Below, piece after piece: positions 1 to 14,399 of a stretch of 64,000 nucleotides of DNA; within the stretch, counting starts at the first letter, position 1, and each line of letters begins with the position of its first letter. Below the pieces are notes generated by a model, which made no database searches, was not told where the DNA came from, and saw only the letters and a program-made list of their open reading frames with translations. Position numbers and translations under genes: made by a program. This DNA comes from Azolla caroliniana (Eukaryota > Plantae > Polypodiophyta). The stretch is from the NCBI GenBank assembly GCA_043228905.1, contig JBHGNT010000020.1, forward strand, positions 14,818,001-14,882,000. Direction: 5' to 3'.

Positions 1-887
1 ATCATGAATCTGAACATACAAGTTCAGGTCACCTACAACCCTATCCCTTAGTGTATCCTCAAAATCTTGAAAATTTGGTAGTCAATCTGTCGGCTGATCT
101 GCTACTCAAAGCCCTGAAGCTGAACAAAAATATGCCCGAAGACTCAAAATCGATGATTAGTCCACTGCCCAAATCTATTACTCGAAGCCTCAAACTTAAG
201 CATACGAGTGGCGACCACATGCAACCTTGTGCATCTTCCATGAAAACAAGAAAACAAAGCTCTATATCTGAGGAAGTGGGTGGCGTCTGCCTGCAAGCCT
301 GCAACTTCTCCAAAACAGCCTTAAAAGACAAACAAATTAGGTATAAAAAGAATAAGGTAAGGCTACTTAGTGACATCTATGATGCAACTAAGGACGAGGT
401 GATTGAAAAGTCGACATGTCACTTTGTAACAAAGATAGAGTCTGACATATCCATCTTTGCAGCCATCATCGAAGCAGACAACTACGACACGGCCCCAATT
501 CTCACCCTCAAGCAAGCATTAAAAAGTAAAGAAAAAGAAAATTGGGTTGCACCTATTCAATCTTAAGTCTCGGCACTCCAAAAGAATCACACATGGACAT
601 TAGTACCTCGGCCTTGTTACTCCAATTTCAACAATTGTAAGTGGCTTTTTACAAAGAAATATGATGCCCTAGGTACTCCCGTGAGGTTCAAAGCAAGATT
701 AGTGGCTCGAGGATTCTTACAAACACTAGGTGTGGACTACCATGCAACTTTTTCACCCACTCTAAAAATCACAACATTCCAATTGGTTCTCGCAATTACA
801 GCATATTTAAATCTTGAACTTCACCATGTTGATGTTGAAACAAAGTTTTTACATGGTGATTTAGAACAATATATATATATACAGAAC
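1..887 (+). pseudogene. Degenerate Ty1/copia pol fragment (INT-RT linker and RT N-terminus), cut by an LTR insertion at 888
   Basis: Copia RT motifs KWLF..RFKARLVARGF.Q..GVDY..TFSP and HVDV.T.FLHGDLE (681-880); in-frame stop at 566. Confidence 0.85.
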
Positions 888-1166
888 TGTGAGATTTTGT
901 GCACGGAAGCAAGTGAGGACCTATTGGTTAATTTGCACATCAAACAACATAGAGAATGTGATAGACGATATGAATGAACCTTAGACACAGTTAGAGCTCA
1001 AACAAAAGCTTTCGTTATTCCTGTTCTCTCTCTCTGAGACTCAAAAGAATGATCAAGAGGTTTTGGTTACAACGTTAGGTTATTGCTTATATACTAACCC
1101 CTAACTATTTGGACGTATTCACACACAAGGATACAAAGTGGAAGGAGTCGGCCTTTTATGCCAACA
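888..1166 (-). repeat. Copia 3' LTR
   Basis: TG...CA termini, adjacent PPT at 1167-1175, 3' end resembles other copia LTR ends here (cttgcttccg). Confidence 0.7.
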
Positions 1167-2460
1167 AACTCCCCCGTAAAAGGACTACTCTTTCTTGTAT
1201 GCACAAGTGGTTGGGGTTATCTCCCCAGTAAACCTAGACTACAAAATTAATCTAATTTTAGATTACAAGTTAGTCGGCATAAAGCCGACTCAACAAAGAT
1301 GAAGTCAAGATCTAGTCTGATTAGGCTAGTCTCAAGGTTCGGCTGGTTCGAGTCGATTGAATCGATGTGTTCAAGTGTCCTTCGTTTGAATCGATCAGAC
1401 TATCAATGTTGGCTTGTGTTCGATTCTCGATTGCGGCCTTGTGTAGATTTTTTGCTTGTGTCCGATTCTCAATTTCAGCCTTGTGTCGATTTCTCGTTGC
1501 TTGCTTGTTTCTGCCCTTGTCCACCTTGCTGGATCCCTAATCTCTATCCAAGTTCATTCTTCTCTCGATCGTTTTCTTTCTAGTCAGTATCCTCGCTGAG
1601 TGTTATTTCTTAAGCCCCTTGTGTTTCCGAACGTGTCGATTTCTCTCTTTCAGTGAATCTGTTCGTGTCAGTTTTCGACTTCTCTTCTGCTCCTCATTCA
1701 GTTTTCTTGTTTCTCAGTCTCTTGTCATAGTCCCATCTTCGTCCTTAATGTTACAAAGCGTTGATCTGGTGGTGGCTTTGTAAGGCAATCAACGGTGTTC
1801 ACCTCGATGTCGAGCTTCCAAACTTCAAGCTTCTTTTCAGTTATCAGCTCCTGGATGTGATGATACCGCACCTCAATAGGATTGTTGCTGAGGATTGTTG
1901 CTGAGGATTGTTGCTGAGGTGTATTGCGCTCTGTGAGTCGCAATAGATGGTCAGCAGTTGTCAATCGATTCGGTTTGTAGCCGAAAAATCTGTAGTTAAT
2001 CTGTGCAGGCAAATCTCTTCCTTCGCTACCTCTGATGTTGCTATGTACTCAGCCTCTATAGTGGACAGGGTCATGCATGCTTGGAGATTTGACTTCCATG
2101 ATATAGCGCCGCCACCAAAGGTGAAGATACAGCTTGATGTCATCTTCCGATTATCCAAATTCCTGGCGTAATCAGAGTCGGTCTAGCCTTCGACTTCGGT
2201 CGGGTTTGCCAATCTAAAAGTCAATTATGCATCTTTGGTTCCTTTTTGGTACCTAAAGATGTGTTTGATGACCTCCTAATGCTTCCATCCTGGGTTATGC
2301 ATGTACCGGTTGACAACCCCCACGACATATGCGAGATCGGGTCTGGTTGTCACCATCACGTTCATGATACTTCCTACTATCGATGCGTAGGGTATCTTTC
2401 CATCGAGCTCTCTCTCATTGACCATTGAAGCAGAGTCTATCATTGTTCACCACTTAATTA
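888..2460 (-). mobile_element. Ty1/copia 3' fragment (RNase H, ~560-bp 3' spacer, PPT, 3' LTR)
   Basis: Minus-strand RNase H motifs GGGAISWKS..Q..TLST.EAEY and IEVRYH.I.E..DCLTKP (1725-2158); PPT GGGGGAGTT abuts TGTTGGCA. Confidence 0.8.
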
Positions 2461-3798
2461 TGTTGTGAAAATCCGTCACTATGTGTGGATCATGAGACAG
2501 AACCGCCGGGGTTTTGGACTACAAGCATTTAGTGCAACACATACAATACAAGCAAGTTTTAAGTTTAAGACAAGTGGGAGAGACAAATCATTAGTTTATT
2601 GCAAATGAAAATCGATTCTTTATGATTTCATAATCGTGTTACAATGGGTTGGGTATGGAAATGAGAGATTAATTTTTCAAAGAAAGGAGCCAACAACCAT
2701 GCAAGGAGTGGTCCGATATGAATACGAGAGATAATTTTTGACAAGAAAAAATCAAGTAAACACAGCTAGGAGTTTGATATCAATATGTGAGATAATTTGT
2801 TTCTCGAATCCGAGAGGGAAGAAGAAGAAAGAAGAGGACAATAGAAAAAAACTAGAGGGAAAAAATGGAACATATATTGCCCTTTGTTGATCCTCCTTCC
2901 CACTTTTACTTTGCATGTCCACTTTTAGTTGCATGAACTCTATTTTTAGTTGCATGCTTCCAGTTTTAGTTGCATGACTTTTAGTTTTAGTTGCATGGCC
3001 TTGGCTTTTAGTTGCATGGGACCGTTTGTATAATTTGGCCAAATCACCCAATCATCCATAAAGTTTAGCCCGTGCGCAATCCGTACGTGCATTGCAACCA
3101 GACCGTAGACGCGTCCGCGTGCAAAAGTCTCGACCGCGTAGTGTACGCCTCCATGCGCTCATCCGCACACATGCATCTGTTTGAAACGTCCACACGGTCG
3201 TCCACGCGTTCGCACGCAAAAGTTCCGACCGCGCCGCAATGTACGCATCTGCGCGCTCGTTTCAATCGTCCACGCGACCGTGCACGTATACGCTCGAAAC
3301 TTGCACATGCACGTACATCCGAAGACGTCCATGCGGACGTACGTCCGAAAACGTCCATGTGGCCAGGCACACGCACATACGCCCGAAGCGTTAACACGAC
3401 AATGCATACACACATACGCAAATATGACCGAAGCGTTAACACGACCCTGCATACACACATACGCGCGTACGCCCGAAGCGTGCACACCACACAGTGTAGC
3501 CCAAGTCACCTTGAACATTCTGTGTTCCACACATTGATAGAATGAATATGTTTTGGTTTCCACTATATATCCTGGGTTCCAATGTTGTCCTATCTATGTG
3601 GGATATCTCACAATTTTGTCTTTTCTTTCTTCTTTTTCAAACTTCACACTCACATCGCTTGATACTTGTTTATCCGTTTCATGCGTAGTAAAATACGTTA
3701 TGAAACTCTTGAAGACATCTATCTATATGAATACATTAAGCTAATCTAAAATAAATGTTTTACAACTTTCCATATCGTGTGTGGAAAACCACACGACA
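2461..3798 (-). repeat. Gypsy 3' LTR (~1.3 kb) with internal minisatellites: ~21-bp ttttagttgcatg units at ~2920-3020 and ~45-bp units at ~3370-3490
   Basis: Starts TGTCG right after the PPT and ends CACAACA; both ends resemble LTR 16645-17398. Confidence 0.7.
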
Positions 3799-3862
3799 TT
3801 CACCCCCACCAAACCTGCACATCCACCGGTATGTGCCAATTGTGGTGAGGTTCCTCTTTTAA

Positions 3863-5896
3863 TTACTCTTTTTCAACCTCGATGTTCGAGGCTATATCAT
3901 CCAAAGCTTCGATCTCAAGATTTGGGGCCTCTCTTCTCTTAAAGATCTTAAACCGTTCTATTGCCAACTCCACATGTTCGGGCCTCCATTCTAGTTGTTG
4001 AATCCTCGTGGCTAGCAAGTTTTCCTCACTCATTTCCTCTTGCCATGGCAAAGATGTCCACGAAGCAACACTTTGCTCGATAGGCATTATTGGTTTTTGC
4101 CCTAATATGAGTTCGGCCGGCATATATCCTGTAGTCGTGGTATGTGTAGTTCTGTCAGCCCACAATGCATAAGGTAGTAATCGTGGCCAATTCCCCATCT
4201 TGTCGTCGCAAGCCTTTGCTAGACCTTTTACAATCGAACTATGTCCTCGTTCCACCTTCCCATTTGCGTTTGGGTTGTATGCCATGGTGAGCGATAGTTT
4301 GACGCCTATTCTTGAAAAGAATTCTTTAGCTTCATTCGCATCTAATTCTCCCCTATCAGCTACTATTTTGCCAATACATCCGTATCAACGAATAACATCT
4401 TCAAGGAGAAACTTACAAACTGTCGAAGTTGTTTTATTCCTTAGCGCCCGTCCTTCTACTTGGTTGGTGAGATCCTCTCTTGCTAGCACGAGATACTTCA
4501 TTTGCCCCAATCCCATCGGCATAACCACTATGTCTACCAACCACTTATAGTGCAATGATAGTGGATATGTCGGATGAAGTTCATCCCTATGTTGAATATT
4601 CGAGTATAATTAGCATTGCTCACATGTTTCAACACAACTTGCTACATCTTTGTAAATACCAGGCCACCAATACTTCGCCTTGAGCTTTGCAAATGTTGCC
4701 CATATACCACGATGACCTACCCACACAATATCATGAAATTCAGCAATTAGTGTTTGTTGATCCTGTTTTTTGCACACCACTCGAAGTGGAGTTCGATTCT
4801 TCTTCTTCGGAAACTTCCAAAGATGTCCTTCTTTGAGGACGAACTTGTAGGCCTTCTTCCTAATTCGGTAGAAGTCTTCCTTTGACCATGATTCATCTTC
4901 TGTAAGAGAGCTTAAGTATTTTCCAATTTTGATGAATTCACCCTCATAATCTTCTACTTTGAACACTGCTAGCACCCGAGCACAAGAAATCATAAAGAGG
5001 TTTAGGCCAACATCCTCTTCGTCGGAGTGCAAATCTTCTTCACCCTCATACCTCGCCCTTGACAACATATCGGCCGCCACATTATGCTTCCCATTTATAT
5101 GCCGAATCTCGGGGTTGAGGGAGTTGATATAAGCAATCCATCGCAGCATAGCAAAATCCGGTGTAGCACAACCGGATATCATTCCGAGAATAGGTAGACA
5201 ATCGGTTTCAATAATGACCTCTGTTCCTATAAGGTAGTCACGGCCGGTTTTAACCGCGAATACTATTCCCCATAGCTCTCTCTTTACTTGGGCATACTTC
5301 CTTTGTCTTTCGGTTAACACCTTCGCACCGAATCGGATTGCATACCGATTCTTTTCTTTGTCTTCTTTGTTTATCACCCAGCCAATTCCGGTTGGGCTGG
5401 TATCCACCGTCACATATATCGGGGTACCTTCGATGTAGTCAGCTTTTTGTAGTGCCGGAGCTTCCAATAATAGTTTCTTTAGCTTTTGAACCGCGTAGGT
5501 ATGCTCATCTTCCCATTCGAACTTCTTCCTTTTCTTTAGTAATCCATACAATGGTTCAGTGACATGAGCATAATGTGGAATCCATATGTGATAGAATGCA
5601 CATGCTCCCAAGAATCTTCGCACCTCTGTTTGAGATACACATTCTTCTTTCATCTCTTGAATAGTGTTCACCTTGGATGGAGATGGCTTCCGGCCATAAG
5701 ACCCACATAAGTGTCCTACTACCAATATTTTTGGTTGACCGAATGCAGACTTCTCTCCCGAAAATGTGAGATTTGCATCCTCAAGCTTTTGCAACACCTT
5801 CTCGCTATCCTTTATATGATCGATGGCGAATCTTCGGCAAACATCTTCATCTTTCGATTCATCTTTTTCTTCCACCAACCCGATCGGCGTCCTCAT
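3863..5896 (-). pseudogene. pol: Gypsy pol (RT-RNaseH-INT), disrupted
   Basis: Split ORFs 4610-5896 and 3863-4285 with stops between. Confidence 0.85.
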
Positions 5897-5989
5897 TGTC
5901 CTTCTTTGAGGAAGAACTTGTAGGCCTTTTTCCTAATTCGGTAGAAGTCTTCCTTTGACCACGATTCATCTTCCCAATCGACTACCGTT

Positions 5990-7485
5990 ATGGAGTCGAC
6001 ACTGGTCGATCCTACTCCCACACAACCAGCCCATAGACAACAGCTGGCTGATGAAGTCAAACCTGAGTTGGTCGACACCCAACAACAGAATGATGCACAG
6101 GAATATGAGTCGGAAGATGAGTTGTTGGAAGAATGTGAATTTGAGCCATTTGTCGAAGGAAGAAGATATCCACGAAGACAAAGGAAGGCCTCCTCTTGAT
6201 ATCCAGCCAGTCAATATATCCTGTTGACCGATGAAGGGGAACCAGATTGCTATGAAGAGGCCATGACTGATGTACACAAGGAGAAATGGTATAATGCCCT
6301 GTAAGAAGAAATGGATTCCTTGCATGAGAACCTAACGTATGAGTTAATGGAGTTGTCTGATGGTAAGAAGGCACTGTTTTGAGTATGGCTACTAGTATGA
6401 ATCTTGAAATCGAACAGTTGGATGTTAAAACAACTTTCTTGCACGGTGAGCTAGAAGAGGAAATTTATATGCAAGAGCCGGAGGGCTTTGAGGTAAAAGG
6501 AAAAGAGAACCTCATGTGCAGGCTGAGGAAAAGCTTGTATGGTCTAAAGCAAGCTCCACGACAATGGTATAAGAAATTTAAGTCCTTCATGTTGGAACAT
6601 GGATTCCACAAAACACAAGCCGATCATTGTGTATTTGTGAAAATGTATAATGAAGGTGATTTTCTTATTCTGTTGTTGTATGTGGATGATTTGTTGGTTG
6701 TTGGACACGATGTTAAAAAGATTAAAAGCTTGAAGAAAGCATTGAGCAAATCGTTTGCCATGAAAGACTTAGGACTAGCAAAATAGATTTTGGGAATGCA
6801 TATAGTCCGAGACAGGACTAAAAACATGCTATGGCTGTCACAAGAGAAGTATGTGACAAAAGTTTTGCAAAGGTTTAACATGTAAAATGCAAAATCTGTT
6901 GGATCTCCATTGCCGGTGGACTGTAAGTTAAATTCAAGTCAATGTCTGAAAACTGAGAAAGATAAGGCAGAGATGAGGAGAGTGCCATATGCCTCTGATG
7001 TCGGTAGTCTTATTTATGCTATGGTTTGCACGAGGCCGGACATTGCATTTGTTGTCGGGACGGTTAGTCGCTACATGAGTAATCCTGGAAAGGAGCATTG
7101 GGCAACTGTAAAATGGATACTTAGATATCTAAGAGGAACTTCGAGGGTATACCTTAGATATGGTTCAGAGAAACCTATCCTAGAAGGTTTCACAGATTCT
7201 GATATGTCGGGTGATGTAGACTCCCACCGATCCACATCAGGGTATGTGATGACTTATTCAGGGGGAGCCGTGTCATGGCAATCAAGATTGCAAAAGATTG
7301 CAGCTTTGTCAACCACAAAGGTTGAGTATATGGCTACAGTGGAAGCCGGAAAAGAAGTGATTTGGATGAGAGACTTCTTAAGCGAGCTAGGAATGAAGCA
7401 AGAAAGTTTCTTGCTTCATTGTGATAATCAGAGTGCTATTCATTTGGCTAAGAATGCTGCCTATCACTCCTGTACGAAGCACAAC
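5990..7485 (+). pseudogene. pol: Copia RT/RNase H with stops and an internal RT deletion near 6375
   Basis: ORFs 6379-6786 and 6910-7524; GKKAL is joined directly to LSMATSMNL. Confidence 0.85.
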
Positions 7486-8000
7486 CAGAGACACTGCTCG
7501 GCCAAAAAGCCAAGCCGTGCATAGCCGACCCGAGACACGGCTTGTCAGGAATAGTACTAAAGCAGACATGGAATTAGTACTAAGAAGAGTAGTACTATTA
7601 GTACTAAGAGGACGGGACTGCGTAAGATTCCCGAGAGAGGAAGTGAGAAGAGGAGAGAGAGAGAGATAGCGAGGATGAGAGAGAGAGAAAGATGATGACA
7701 ACAGCTAATATATTATGTGAAAAGATAAGTACAAAGAGGCTGAGAGGCTTAAGACTGGCGTTGAACCAATTTGGTTCAACATAATGCCTAGTGCCTTCTT
7801 TTATAGTGTTGTCAGGAGTAATCCTGAAACTTCTAGAATGTTCTAGAGAAATCTGGAATATACATTACTTTCTTATAATAAAACATAAATGAAAATAATA
7901 TCCTATGAATTACAATAGATGGTGTGATGGTTAAGAGCTGGACCCATATACCATAAGGTCATGGGTTCGAGTCTTGCCATATCATGACACTATCTCCCCC

Positions 8001-11000
8001 TTAAAGACGACGAGTGGAACGAGTCGACATTAATTGCGGACCAGGTTTGTCCGAATACTTTCGGTGGAAATCAACAAGTAGATCTTGAGCATTGGCAACA
8101 TGCTTGACGGGTTCCCAAGTTCGTTCGCTCAGACTATAACCAACCCAATCGACCAAATAATAAAGTTTGTTGCAAATAAGTTTGGAATCGAGGATGGCAG
8201 CAACTTCATACTCCGGGCCGGTGTCCAACTCCAGCGGGGGCGGCGGTGGTATAACACGATCGGGAATGGTGTTTGCTTTATAAGGTTCAAGAAGAGAGCA
8301 ATGGAAAACCGGATGTATCTGAAGCTGCGGAGGGAGATCAAGGCGGAATGTGACATCATTGACCTTACCCGTAATACGGAAAGGACTGAGTCGTCGATAA
8401 TCCAACTTGTCACACGGTCGAGTAGTCTTGATGTGACGATGTAAGAGCCATACTCGATCTCCGATGGCAAAAGAGGAGGGAAACTGATGACGATCCGCGT
8501 AAGTCTTCTGTGTCTGTTGAGCATGACGAAGATGAGTCGAGAGATCTGTCTGGATCTTGCGTAGTCTCTCCAAATGATCCCCGACACGAGGATTGGTAGG
8601 TAGCTCCGGGGTGTCGATCACCAACCAACGAGGATAAGATAACATCGAACCCCTGCGAGACTGGCGGATATGTGATAAAATCAAGACAAATAGATTGCCA
8701 CGGCTTACTTTGAATCGGTAAGGGTTCCAACAAGCCATATGGATGGTGTCGTGGCATCTTTGCTCGGCAGCAAGCATCACAGGTCCGCACGTAGTCGTCG
8801 ACAAAACGGCGCATGTGGGGCCACCAAAAAGATCGCTGCACTAGCTCCAACGTCTTAGTACTACCGAAATGTCCCGCCGTATGGGTGTCGTGACAATGCT
8901 GGACGATTTGAAGGCGACAGGAGCAATCGGGGACATATACGCGCTTTTTAAAGAATAACAAACCATCATGATATTCGAATTGTCGGTAGTCAATACTTGG
9001 TTGTTGAGACTGAGAACAGGATGCCCGAGAAATATCAATGTGCGCCAGGATGTCTTGAGCAGAACTATCCGTCTTCAAGTTTGCACGTATGTCATCGGTA
9101 ATCCGTGAATCCATCGGGGTGTGAAAAATACGTGTTGTGTGCAATCGTGTTGGTCCCAAGATTACTTCCTTTTGATTATCAAATGTTGGATCACCAGGAC
9201 GAGGTGCAAGATATGAACGCCGTGATAGTGCATTTGCTTTTCCTTGCTGCTTCCCTGGTCGATATGTGATTTTGAAGTCGAAACGCGTGAGGAATTGCGC
9301 CCACCGAGCTTGCCGTCGATTTAGTACGCGAGCATTCTGGAAATAAGCAAGATTTTTATGATCACTAAAGACAACGACCTGATGTGGAGAGCCCACTAAG
9401 AAATGCCGCCATTGCACAAATGAATCCACGATGGCTAATAACTCCTTGTCATGTATTTCGTAGTTGATTTCCGCAACATCGAATTTGCGCGAATGGAAAG
9501 CCACCGGATGCAACTCTTCTTTATCTCCTTGTTGAGAAAGGATGCTACCGAGGGAGAAATCTAAAGCATCGGCCTCCATGATGAATGGTTTGCTAGTATC
9601 CACATGAGCTAGAATCGGTGCTGATGTAAAGGTTTTCTTAAGATGCCGAAAAGCCATATCTGCTTCAATGAACCAAAGAAATGCTTGGCCCTTCTTCGTA
9701 AGTTGTGTGAGGGGTAAGATAATCTTCGAGTAATCTTGTATAAACTTACGGTAGAAGTTAGCAAAACCTAGAAAACATTGTACATCTCGTACCGACTGTG
9801 GAATTTGCCACTCTACTACAGTTTGGACTTTAGCTGGATCCATGGCGATGCCCTTTGAGGAGATGATGTAGCCTAGAAATTCCACTTGCTTGCAGTCAAA
9901 GCTACATTTTTCTAGCTTGGCATAAAGACCATTCTCGCGGAGTCGCTTTAGTACTAATAGTACATGAGAATCGTGCTCTTGCTGGGTCTTTGAATAAATC
10001 AATAGATCATCAAGATAGATGATCAAACAGATATCCAAGAGGTCTCTGAATATATCATTTGCCATGTGTTGGAAGACTGTGGGTGCATTGGTTAGGCCGA
10101 ACGGCATAACAGTATACTCGAAATGCCCATACTGCGTGCGAAAGGCGGTCTTCCATTCATCTCCCGGTCGGATCCGCACGAGGTTATACGCTCCTTGTAG
10201 ATCGATTTTGGTAAAAAACTTGGCACCATTAAGTCGCTCTAAAAGACTTGATATAAGAGGAAGTGCATACCTATTCCGGATGGTGACCGTATTCAATCCG
10301 AGGTAATCAACGACGAGACGAAGTGAGCCATCTTTCTTCTTGACAAAGAAGATGGGTGCACCGGCCGGAGATTTCGAATGACGGATGAACCCGCTTGCCA
10401 AGTTCTCCTCTATGTAGGCTCGAAGGACTTGTAACTCGGTGGGTGACAAGTTGTAAATTGGTCCCCATGGTGGCTCGGTTCCTGGTTGTAAATCGATGGG
10501 ACAGTCATAGGGACGGTGATGAGGAAGGGTACCGGCTTTTACCTTGTCAAATACATCGACATAAGGATGATATTTTGCCGGAAGTTGTACTGAGGAGTCC
10601 TTCTTAATAGTGCTGGAAAGATGTACTGATATTGCAAATAGGAACATTGCCTCCTTGTGTCCTTCTTCGCGTAATTGATGGAGTGAAATGGTCGAAACTC
10701 GATGAGTAGATTCTTGGGGTGGTCGATATCGGACTTCTCTTGTTCTCCAATCTATGGTTGGATTATGTAATTCAAACCAAGGTAATCCTAGGACAATGGG
10801 ATGCTCTGGACTACTAATTATATTAAATGATATTACACACACAAAACTACCTAGGACAACTTGAATGGGTTTTGATTCTCCTACAATATTCCCGGAAGCA
10901 ATGGGACGACCATCAATGACTACTACAGATGTGGGACAAGGAAGTTTTCTTAGGGATATCTGAGAAGCTTGGGCAAAATTAAACAAGAATTAGCTCCGGA

Positions 11001-11165
11001 ATCTAAGAGTGCTAGGACGGGTACTGGGGGAGTAGTTTTAGTACTAACAGTGACTTGGGCTAGGAACACATTGCTAACTTGCTTGGAAGGAATGGAACCA
11101 CTAATGGGCTGTACAGATCTAGGGTTGTTGTCCAACCAAACGGCTCCTATTTTGGCTGGACTCAA
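8001..11165 (-). pseudogene. pol: Chromovirus pol with a ~10-bp frameshifting deletion near 10980 and an integrase-core deletion near 8635
   Basis: Compared with the intact copy: LLDSGA, YLDD, chromodomain EYEV..W.GY..TWEP; deletion joined at ATCCT microhomology. Confidence 0.92.
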
Positions 11166-12318
11166 TCGTTTAACTCTTCATCTAATTGACTAAGGATTTC
11201 AAATTTGTTTGAGATACTTGGGCTATTAGTACTATGAATACTATTTGACACTCTATAAGTACTATTAATACTATCAGATACTCCGAAGGGAAGAATTGAC
11301 TCGGGTTTAGTACAAGCGAAGATTTGATTTACCTGTCTTCTTGGCCTATGGGGACAATTGATGGCGATATGTCCTGGTCCACCGCAATAAAGACATAATC
11401 GATTGGCACGTCATCGTTGCTTTTCTTCTTCCGATAACAGGCCGCGTCGACGCATGGTGTCGATCTCCATCGGTGTCGGAATATTGGCTTGAGGTACATC
11501 GCGTGCAAACGGTTTAGCCGCGACTGAGGCGTATGTGGGTTCCGGCCGAGAGCGTGGTATTTGTAACTGACGCTCCGAACGCCGTTCGAAAAGGCGGTTG
11601 TCGCATCGGACCGCTCGACTGATTGCCTCTGTAAGAGACTTTGGTTCTTCGGGGAAGGTTAAAAGCAGATCTTTGATATCATTGTGCAAGCCGTAGCGAA
11701 ACTGCTCCATGAGGGCCTGATCATCCCAAGGAATATCTGAGGCGAGTAGACGGAAATCCGCCGCGTAGGCAGATGCTAGACGATCGCCTTGACGCAATCT
11801 TCGGATCTTGTTGATCGCCGTCCTGATGCTGTCAGTATCTCCAAAGCAGGCTTTAAACTCACCAATAAAATCTTCAAAGTTATTAAGCAAGGGTGATTGT
11901 TTTTCTAGAAGCGGAGCGAACCATGCCAAGGCTGAGCCACTAAGTAACGTGCCTATTAGGCCGACTCGAGATGCATCAGTGGGATATCGGGAAGGATGCA
12001 TCTGGATGACTAAGCGTACCTAATTAAGGAATCCCCAGAATTGCGATCGCGTTCCATCAAATTTCACAGGAAGTCCAATCTTGGGCTCCTTATGAAATCC
12101 TTGGGGACTTGATCCTTGTTGTTGCAACGCTGCTTCGAGTTGTTATACCCGTAATGCTAACTCCCATGTTGTTGTTGCGTTTGTTGTTTTTCGAGAGCGA
12201 TTTGTTGAAGATGCCCTATCAACCGTTGGTTTTCTTGTTCCAGGGCAACAAACTTTTCTTTTAGGCACTATAACTCGGAGAAAACGGATTGATATTCTTG
12301 GGCGCTAACAGTAGCCAT
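11162..12318 (-). pseudogene. gag: Chromovirus gag with stops/frameshift
   Basis: Near-identical to 27189-28346; residual ORF 11411-12001. Confidence 0.92.
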
Positions 12319-14399
12319 AGTATAGGGAAAAGGGTAGGAGGATGAGGGAGAACGGCAAGTAGGCTGGAGGAAAGGAAAATTGGTTCAAACTGTCAGGAAT
12401 AGTACTAAGGCAGAGATGGAATTAGTACTAAGAAGAGTAGTACTATTAGTACTAAGAGGACGGGACTGCGTAAGATTCCCGAGAGAGGACGTGAGAAGAG
12501 GAGAGAGAGAGAGATAGCGAGGATGAGAGAGAGAGAAAGATGATGATAGCAGCTAATATATTATGTGAAAAGATAAGTACAAAGCGGCTGAGAGGCTTAA
12601 GACTGGCGTTGAACCAATTTGGTTTAACATAATGCCTAGTGCCTTCTTTTATAGTGTTGTCAGGAGTAATCTTGAAACTTCTAGAATGTTCCAGAGAAAT
12701 CTGGAATATACATTACTTTCTTATAATAAAACATAAATGAAAATAATATCCTATGAATTACAATAGATGGTGTGATGGTTAAGAGCTGGACCCATATACC
12801 ATAAGGTCATGGGTTCGAGTCTTGCCATATCATGACACGGCTCAGCCGAAAAGCCAAGCCGTGCATAGCCAACCCGAGACACGGCTCAACCAAAAAGCCG
12901 AACCGTGCAAAGGAGTAAACCCAAGACGCAACACGGCCGAATAGCCAAACCGTGCCAAGAGTTGAAGGGAACTCAAATGTGGATACACATATATACACAC
13001 TTCTATTCACATCTGTGCGTGTGTGGGTTAACATACATATATGCTAAGAGGCATTCACTGCCTTTGTATGTGGGATAAATGACCCAGAGAAAAAGTAGTG
13101 AGTGTAGCCATATGCATATAGTAAACTCAAGTGAGTTGTATAATAATTTGAGTGCGTTTTAGGCGCGAGTGTGAGCAGAGCGAAAAACGAGTTGCAGAAC
13201 AGAAGTGTGACTCAGAGAACGACTGCGTATATACACAGTTGTGGCTGTGAGAATGAAATAAGAAAAGCTGAGTGTGTGTGAAGAAAAGGGAGAAGAACAA
13301 AAGGGAAGAAAGACAAGAACTGAGAAGTCGAAGGAGTTTCGAATGGGAAAGACACCTACGCATTAGGGTTTGGTATGCTCATCTAAAATCGTGGTATAAG
13401 AGAACATTGACACCAGTACAGGTTCTTTTATTCAGTGGTTGTATTCTATCTTTCTATCATAGTGAAATTTCTGTTTCGTGGTTTTTCCCTAAAATCAGGG
13501 TTTTCCACGTAAATCTTGTCTTACTCTTTATTTTTAGTTTGTGTCCAAGGTTATTTCGTAATCCTTGTTTGAGTGAAATCTTATCACAAAACACAAATGT
13601 TAATAATGTTAATAATGCGGCTACAAATTTGGCCACCAGGAATTGTCGCCATGCCTAGTGATGAATAACTATTGATTCTAGTGATGATCTCAGGTATTAG
13701 GTATGAGAATTACAAGTTAATCCACTTCTCTAATGCGTTGGATCATAAATTAGATTTTGTGCGTATTTCTTCATTACGAAATAAGAATTTTCGTGTCTAG
13801 CAAACTCAACATTCGCTTATAGAATGATAAAAAATCTCACTCCTTATCTTGAGAAGAGAACTACTCCCAATTTTATTTATGTTTTACAAGTAAACCATTC
13901 CTTCAGTATGTCTATTCTTCTGCTAAAAGAAATCATCTTTCTTTACATCCCCAATAACTAAAGCTAGCTAATGGAATTGGTTCCACCGTAATTGATCAAA
14001 TACAACGTTTATGACGGAGAACACGAGATAATTAAATCAGCAATCAAATAATAGCATCGACCTAATTAGGATCATTTCGTGGACTATGGCTCTCCACTAT
14101 CATGCATTGTCTCCAAAAATAACTCTAATATAGAAAACCATGGCTTCCTTTAGTAAAGTCCTCGCCGAATGTGCATAAGATGGAGGCTTTTGTCTGTAAT
14201 TGGCAAAGTCTTGGTCAAAGTCAACATCCTAAGGATATGATCTAAATGCAACGAAAGTTTAGAGTTTCTATTCTTTAGTTTAGTCACGCGTCCATATTCT
14301 ACTCTAGCACCGTTGGAATTAGTTCTCCCCTCATATAATGCTTCCATTTTGTGTGTAGTTTATAACTAAAAATGCAAATTATTTGTAGAGAGGAATACT

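Larger units (their letters stand above)
2461..5896 (-). mobile_element. 5'-truncated non-chromovirus Ty3/gypsy element (RT end, RNase H, integrase, PPT, 3' LTR)
   Basis: ORF 4610-5896 (EVRRFLG, VDTSPTGIG, RELWGIV, ADMLSR, HxxxxGHRG..CxxC) and 3863-4285 (AYNPNANGKVERGH); PPT GGTGGGGGTGAA; same family as 15526-17398. Confidence 0.9.
7543..12837 (-). mobile_element. Tcn1-like Ty3/gypsy chromovirus, copy 1 (full-length LTR pair, defective)
   Basis: 447-bp LTRs 7543-7989 and 12391-12837, TSD CGGCT, PPT 7990-8002, gag-PR-RT-RH-INT-chromodomain. Confidence 0.97.
5973..13595 (+). mobile_element. Ty1/copia 3' half (RT, RNase H, 3' LTR with ~45-bp U3 tandem repeats), interrupted by chromovirus 7543-12837
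   Basis: [57 protein letters not shown]; repeat ccaagccgtgcatagcc.acccgagacacggct continues on both sides of the insertion; right end approximate. Confidence 0.8.

Noticed and set aside
3065-3563. Overlapping ORFs in a CA/CG-rich region
   Set aside because: Low-complexity LTR minisatellite with no domain signal
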